From NCBI GenBank assembly GCA_038087875.1, contig CM075992.1, forward strand, positions 7,194,001-7,258,000: 64,000 nucleotides of DNA, read 5' to 3'. Made by a program: the position numbers and the translations under genes. The notes beneath the pieces were generated by a model. That model was not told where the DNA came from, ran no database searches, and saw only the letters and a list, made by a program, of their open reading frames with translations. The stretch is from Malacoraja senta. Lineage: Eukaryota. Below are positions 57,197-64,000 of the stretch, in pieces. Position 1 is the first letter of the stretch; each line of letters starts with the position of its first letter.

Positions 57197-58049
57197 TATT
57201 TATACACAACCCTTCATTAGATTATTTGTTCACGCTATAAAATACATTTAAGACGATAACACTTCCCCCCAAACGACTCAGTTCAACTGCGTTTAACGCC
57301 ACTTCAGTACAGAAAAGCTAAAGAGAGCGTAGATGACCTGGCGGGGGTGTTTTTCTTGACCAGGCTCCAGTGGTACGTTCTACAGAGTACAAGTGAAAAC
57401 ATCACTGAAAACACATGATAGAGACGGTCAATGGAATTTATTTCAAACATTTTCCGATTGGGATTTAGGGAAATGTCAGAGCAGGGACTTTGATTTGTTA
57501 CCGTCTATCAACGGTCCAAAACACATGCCCTCAATCTTGGAAAGTACACCCGCAATACGCTGGGGTTTTGCTGGGCAGAGGATTGAAGTGTTGCAAATGC
57601 ATGACAACGGGCGTAACATCTTATTCGCTCAGGTAAGATGGAAAAGCAGGAAACGAAGAGCATTCTGCAGCCCCAGCATCAACCCTTCTTGTTCGGTAAC
57701 ATTTCTCCACCCCTCCCCCTGAATCATTACTTGCCGTCTTTGCTGAACTGAGCATGTGAACAAAATTCCTATTCATTCAGTGAAATTGAAATATAAACAT
57801 TCCCCATTTCTCCCAGTTCAACCTCTGATATTCACCTGGCTTTAAATTCCCGCACCGTTGTCGTGCTCTACGGCCAGGCAGACGAAGAGTTTCATAATCT
57901 TCCATCCTGTTCTCAGCTAGAAGACCTTCTTGCCGTTGAGGAAACTGGAGGCTGTGATGCAGTTTTTGGACGCACCCTTTTCCGCATAATGTATTTTAGT
58001 TTGCCAAGTATCATCTATCATCAGCGAAATGTAATGTCAGCATCTTGCC

Positions 58050-58312
58050 ATTTAGAACAGAGATGAGGAAACAGTTTTTCACACAGAGTTGTGAGACTGT
58101 GGAATTCTCTGCCTCAGAGTGCGGTAGAGGCCGGTTCTCTGGATACGTTCAAGAGAGAGCTAGATAGGGATCTTAAAGATAGCGGAGTCAGGGGATATGG
58201 GGAGAAGGCAGGAACGGGGTACTGATTGGGGTTGATCTGCCATGATCACATTGAATGGTGGTGCTGGCTCGAAGGGCCGAAAGGCCTACTCCTGCACCTA
58301 TTGTCTATTGTC
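58050..58312 (+). mobile_element. CR1-type LINE 3' fragment
   Basis: FRTEMRK…RVVRLWNSLPQ…FKRELDR and a 3' UTR ending GGCTCGAAGGGCCGAA…CTATTGTCTATTG. Confidence 0.8.
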
Positions 58313-59544
58313 TATTGAACCATCAGTCCTTAATGAAACCATCCGCTGTACACCAGTGGGAACGTACCATATTTCTACATCCCAGAGAAATATACCCTAC
58401 ACAAGGAAAGGCAGTGGATAAACTGCATTATGAATAAAACATCTAAAACTAATGCAGGATTACGGAATCCTGCACAACTTTTACAAAGAATTTCAAAAAA
58501 ATCTTTTTTCACTGGTTCTCGGTACACATGACAATAATGAACCTACTCACTAATAACTTGGCGGGCACGTGTATGTCCTTTCCTCTCTCTGATAAAATGT
58601 CAATAAATTGAACATTTTCGTGAAAGTTTCTGATGTTGTTCGGGGAAATAAAAAAAGCACAGAATGGAAATAGCAAATGCAAAATCAGAATGCCGATCTC
58701 ACTTCACATCCTACATTATTTATCCAGGATTGGCTCTTCCTCTCGTTACCAAATTTCCACGGGGCTGGAAAGTCAGAGGCGATCAGCACAGGGTTTGGAC
58801 CTTTCCCTCTCAGCCATCTATTCTTCTGTTCCATCTGAGGTACTCAGCCAGCCTTGGAACTTGACATCAAATGATCCCATGACCTGGGTAAGTGATGAAG
58901 CCGACAGCCGACATTGAGGCAAGGGTCAAGATGCTCGTGTCGAGGCAATAATATGCTGTGTGTCATTAGACTAATGAAAAAAGCCATTGACCAGTGTCTT
59001 TGACCAGGGTCCCAGTAGGACATGGTGGAGGTCAAATAGAAGCACCATCAATGCAAGGTGAACATGACGCAAGAGATCAAGAGATGCGTAGTAAGAGAGG
59101 GGATAATGCGGAGAAAGAGGGATAGTTTTAGAGGGAGAGTGCGGAGAGAGATAGGGGGGGCGCGAGGACCGAGAGCGAGAGGGGGGGAGAGAGAGAGCGA
59201 GGGAGAGAGAAAGAGAGGGAGAGAGAGAGGGAGAGAAAGAGAGGGGGAGAGAGAGGGAGGGAGAGCGTGGAAGAGGGAGGGACAGAGGGGGAGAAAGGGA
59301 GAGAGAGAGAGAGAGAGCGCAAGAGCAAAGGTGTGGGAATCAGATTGTGTAAAGTAAGGGATAGAGAGGATCATTGTGAGAAGGAAATTCAGACAAAAAG
59401 ATTGGCAGAGTGCAGAGCTCGGGACGGTATGAAAAGAGGAAGGTGCGGGTGTGAGCATGACAACATGGAGAGACAAGAGATTGTGAAAGAGGGAGAAGTG
59501 GTATGGTCAGAGAGCTAGCCTAGTATGGAAGGAGTATGGTCAGG

Positions 59545-59855
59545 CGGGCAGCACAGTGGCACAGCGGTAAAGTTGCTGCCTTACAGAACCAGAGACGCAG
59601 GTTCGATCCTGAATATGGGTGCTGTCTGTATGGAGTTTGTACATTCTCCCCGAGTCCGCATGGGTTTCCTTCAGGTGCTCTGATTTCCTCCCACGCTTCA
59701 AAGACGTGTCGGTTTATAGGTTAATTGGTTTCTGTGAAGTGTACATTGTCCCCAGTATGGAAGTCAGTGCTAGTGTATGGGGTGATCTCTGGTCAGCGCG
59801 GACGGTGGGCCGAAGGCTCTGTTTCATACGCTGCATCTCTAACTGTCTAAAGTAA
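59545..59855 (+). mobile_element. HE1/V-SINE-like SINE
   Basis: tRNA-like head, conserved core and LINE-like tail. Confidence 0.75.
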
Positions 59856-60151
59856 AGCTAGTGTTGTAAACAATGTGGCGAGAGGGAGGGGAAGGTGTGA
59901 GGATGGAGTGTGAAAGCAAAGAGTGATGTTGATTGTGATATTAGGCCTTTCGATCAACCACCGACCATCGATCAACAGTTCACACATTAGTTTTATGTTT
60001 AGTTTAGCGGTGTTAACCTTTACAGTACCATAATGGAGGGTGCATTTGCCACCATTAAACATTGAACAATCAGTCCTTAATGAAAACAAGGGTGCCTCAT
60101 AATCGAGGACCAGCCTCGCTGCCTCTTCTCCACTCGCCCATCGTGCAGGGG

Positions 60152-60801
60152 TAGAAACATAGAAACATGGAAAAAAGGTGCAGGAGTAGGCCATTCGGCC
60201 CTTCGAGCCTGCACCGCCATTCAATATGATCATGGCTGATCATCCAACTCAGTATCCTGTACCAGCCTTCTCTCCATACCCCCTGATCCCTTTAGCCACA
60301 AGGGCCACATCTAAATCCCTCTTAAATATAGCCAATGAACAGGCCTCCACTACTTTCTGTGGCAGAGAATTCCACAGATTCACCACTCTCTGCGTGAAAA
60401 GAAAAATTCTCATCTCGGTACTACAAGACTTCCCCCTTATCCTTAAACTGTGACCCCTTGTTCTGGACTTCCCCAACATTGGGAACAATCCTTTTGCATC
60501 TAGCCTGTCCAACCCCTTAAGTATTTTTTAAGTTTCTATAAGATCCCCCTCAATCTTCTAAATTCTAGCGAGTACAAGCCGAGTCTATCCAGAATTTCTT
60601 CATATGAAAGTCCTGCGATCACAAGAATCAGTCTGGTGAACCGTCTCTGTACTCCCTCTATGGCAAGAATGTCTTTCCTCAGATTAGGAGACCAAAACTG
60701 TACGCAATACTCCAGGTGTGGTCTCACCAAGGCCCCGTACAACTGCAGTAGAACCTCCCTGGTCCTATACTCAAATGCTCTTGCTATGAATGCTAACATA
60801 C
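60152..60801 (-). mobile_element. CR1-type LINE ORF2 3' portion, interrupted by the DIRS element
   Basis: MLAFIARAFEYRTREVLLQLYGALVRPHLEYCVQFWSP… and FPMLGKSRTRGHSLRIRG…FTQRVVNLWNSLPQKVVEA. Confidence 0.9.
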
Positions 60802-60802
60802 T

Positions 60803-63800
60803 ATTTTACTTCGGAGTCACGTGATTGACTACGTGAAGAAGACCCCGTCCAGCCGCACACGCGTCATTATCGATCAGACGCATAGCGTTCATGACCGTGT
60901 GTGGAGGAGCAGCAGCTCCTCCAGGCGGTGAGTAAAGCAAATTTAAAGTAAAAATCCGTTTCGTTTTTACTTACAGGGCGCTTTTGTTCCCGCTCAGACG
61001 TGTTGGCAGAGGTCCACACAAACTCAGAATGGAGATAGGGCGTAGGGGAAGGAGAGGCCAGGGACGCACCGCATGTAAAACCCCCGATGCTAAGGGTAGC
61101 AGACGTCAGAAAGAGGAGGCAGTGGCATCGAAGCCATCAACTCCCATTACGGTCGAATGTGTCGTTAAACCGCTGGCGGCGGGGCGCAAGGCAGGACAAA
61201 AGTCGGCCCGACCTGTAGACTCGGATGAGTCAGACCCGGAGGTATACCCTCCTGCAGCAGAAAATGTTATGGCTGCAAGGGTCGCCAGTTTAGACCTCCT
61301 GATGGGGAATGATTTACAAAGAACCCCACAGGAGGAATCAGGTCGGTGTTGGCCAATGGAGGATACAGCACAGGGTGTGCCTTGGTTGGGACAGGCACAA
61401 GGGTGGCCTACAGGAGAGCCATCAGAAATGACTGTGCAAAGTTATTACAGTGGTTGGCCTACAGGAGAGCCAGTGCCAGAAATGCCTGAAAAAAGGCAGT
61501 ATATGTGCTGGCCTACTGAAGAGCCAGTACCAGAAATGTCTCAAAAAAGACAGTACAAACGTACTTATGTGCCAGCACCGAAAGTTCCTAAAAGAGAAAA
61601 CTATGAAGTGTTGGCCTAGAGTTGAGCCAGCGCCAGCAGAACCTGAAACAGGGCTGCCTATCCGTGGGCCTATAAGAGAGTCGGCGCAGGGGGAATCTGG
61701 CATAGACTTACCTGAAACAGGGGAGCCAGAATTTACCCAACCTGAAGAGGAACAACTAGATTCAGAAGATGAATTCTATGAGGATGAGAGCCCATTATCA
61801 GAGCTGAAAGTTCCTGGACTAGCACAAAAGTTTGCTCTTCCTAGAATAAAAGGGGAACCTTTGAGGGATGAAATAGCAATGACTATAAATTATCTACTCT
61901 CCCATCAGCTCCAGGAAGTAACTATGGATGAGACTATGAAACAGTATGAGCCTCGGAGAATTGTGAATTGCTGACAGTTCCAGCAGTGAATAACTTAATA
62001 TGGGGTTATTTGAGCATTGGTTTATGCTCACAAGAATTGAAATTGCAACATGTATTGAAATTGCTGGGGTCAGGCATCACGGCATTTGCCAGAGGATTGG
62101 ATGATGATTTGTATCAGATTCACAACAAGATGCTTCAGCACTGATGTGTGGTGCACACTTTGAAATAAATTGTATTCATAAAAATGCAATAACACCAAAT
62201 ATTCATCCTAAGTATGCAGGGCTCTGCAAACCAACCAACATACAAATGCCTAAATCTGCTGTTTGGAGAGTTTAAAAAAAAATTTAAAAAAGAAAAAACC
62301 TGAGTGGTATGATGATGCGACCACCAATGCTGAGCAGAGCAGTGCGAAGGCAGTATCCCTACAGGCGGAATGCTGGTGCTGGAGAAGGAACAAGTCGATC
62401 ATTCTCGTATACACGTTGGCGTGCTGCACCGGGGATACGTGGAGGTTACAATATGCCTACCAGAAGGGGACAACAATGGCCGGTGGCAAACCCCGATGTA
62501 GGTGGTCCTGGTCTGGTAAGGAAGACAAATGATTGATTTATTCTAAACAGCATTGTAGGATTCAAAATTGAGTTCTATCCACATTTGGATCCTCCAAGGC
62601 AAGAAAATTCAAACTGGTCACGAATTTTCTCAAAAGAAGAGAATAAGTTGATCAAAGGAGAATTAGAAACTTTAACCAAAAAGGGGGTAATAGAGAAGTC
62701 AGTAGAACAACACCATCAGTTTGTATCAAATATTTTTCCAAGAACAAAAAAGGATGGTGGATGTAGAATCATATTGGATCTGACAAATCTTAACCTTTAT
62801 GTACAATACAAACATTTCAAAATGGAAACATTTACTAATGCAATTCAGCTAATCACGGAAAATTGCTACATGGCAAGCATAGATCTGCAAGATGCATATT
62901 ATTCCATGGCAATGCATGGTAATGGTCAAAGATATTTGAAATTTAGATGGATGAGTCAGTTATGGCAATTTAAAGCATTGCCCAATGGTCTGACTTCAGC
63001 ACCAAGATTATTCACTAAATTGCTCAAACCAATTTTAGCTCTGTTAAGAGCTGAGGGCCATGTTTTAATGGCTTATTTAGATGATATCCTCATTGTAGGG
63101 GACACTTTGGCTGCTGCAAAATTGTCAGTATCCAGAGTCAAATACATTTTGAGAAATTAGGTTTCATTATTCACCTACAAAAATCTAAATTGTTACCAAG
63201 CAAAAAGATTGATTACCTAGGGGTCACAATTAACTCCGAACACATGGTAATCACTTTGCCAAAAGATAAAAAGCTGCAGTTAATTGAAGGTTGCATAAAA
63301 CTCATTAACGAGGACACACCTTCAATTAGAGAAGTGGCAAGCTTGCTAGGCAAATTAATTGCAGGGTTTCCAGCGGTCACGTTTGGACCATTGCATTATC
63401 AATGTTTACAGAGAGCTAAGGTACAAGCGTTAAAAATGAATAGAGGGCATTTTGACAGGCCCATGAAATTAACAATTGAATCCATTACAGAAATAGAATG
63501 GTGGATTAACAATGTTTCTAATGCTTCCAGAAAAGTTATGGTAGAAACACCTTCCGTCACTCTACAGACTGATGTAAGTGCGCTGATTTGGGGCGCTACT
63601 AACATGATTTCCAGCTGTGGAGGTAGGTGGAATGTGAATGAAGTACCTTTGCTGGAAAATCTGGGAATCAATTACCTAGAGCTATTAGGCGCATTTTACG
63701 GCCTTAGAGCTTATTGCACTGATATGGGAAATGTGCATGTTCAGGTACAGGTTGACAATACTACAGCTGTAGCATACATAAATCACATGGGTGGTATAAA

Positions 63801-64000
63801 ATCAGAATCATGTGATAAATTGGCAAATGAAATTTGGACCTGGGGTATTGCCAGAAAAATTTGGCTGTCAGCAATATATTTACCAGGTAAAAATTAATAC
63901 AATTGCAGACAAAAGATCACGTAAATTTAATGATAATACAGAATGGATGTTAAATCGGAAAATATTCACACAAATTATCACACAATTTGGAATGCCAGAA
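60803..64000 (+). mobile_element. DIRS-type (tyrosine recombinase class) retrotransposon, frameshifted; gag-like ORF1 plus RT and RNase H; continues beyond the window
   Basis: RT 62585-63160 (KKDGGCRIILDL…HFKMET…SIDLQDAYY…LPNGLTSAPRLFTK…AYLDDILI). RNase H 63190-63897 (LQTDVS…WGA…INYLEL…QVDNTTAVAYINHMGG). Fragmented ORF1 ~60984-62536. The tyrosine recombinase itself is not inside the window. Confidence 0.88.

Larger units (their letters stand above)
55101..57905 (-). pseudogene. Locus H: remnant paralog (exon 1 plus the first ~15 nt of the TM exon, then fused to the upstream region of G)
   Basis: Exon 1 57836-57905 MEDYETLRLPGRRARQRCGNLKP with donor CCAG|GTGAAT at the same LKP position as the paralogs. 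TM-exon-type acceptor at 55118-55119, with paralogous intron flank, followed by GA CAT GGA CTC CAA TAA (E has GA CTT CGT CTC CAA). The sequence then joins the G promoter region. Confidence 0.6.

Noticed and set aside
60928..60976. GTGAGT…TTACAG mini-intron in the DIRS leader
   Set aside because: Only 49 nt, below typical vertebrate intron length, and unsupported without transcripts.

Overview
Vertebrate genomic DNA, almost certainly from a cartilaginous fish (ray or skate-like). It is dense in tRNA-derived HE1/V-SINE-type SINEs with (ACTAA)n tails, CR1/HER1-type LINE fragments and Penelope-derived repeats, and it has two 200-N assembly gaps. The ORF track mostly misses the real genes because they are split into short exons. 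Reading splice sites by hand shows a tandem cluster of at least eight paralogous type II transmembrane C-type lectin receptor loci (CD209/CLEC4/ASGR-like), labelled A-H here. They share one exon plan: cytoplasmic exon, 120-bp TM exon, 60-72-bp phase-1 neck exons, then three CTLD exons. Gene C (minus, 20917-28669) is complete: 247 aa, EPN+WND, cytoplasmic YKNM. Gene B has six intact exons encoding a Cys-rich CTLD without the sugar-binding motifs, but its exon 1 has decayed. D and E are an inverted pair with canonical ITIMs. F, G and H are truncated or chimeric copies with YxN or YxxL tails. A runs off the left edge. Together they look like a fast-evolving paired (inhibitory/activating) lectin receptor cluster shaped by duplication, inversion, deletion and TE insertion. 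Also present are a hAT transposon with its empty paralogous site, a THAP-bearing foldback element, a bipartite RTE-derived element and a degenerate DIRS retrotransposon at the right edge. All gene models are manual predictions without transcript evidence.
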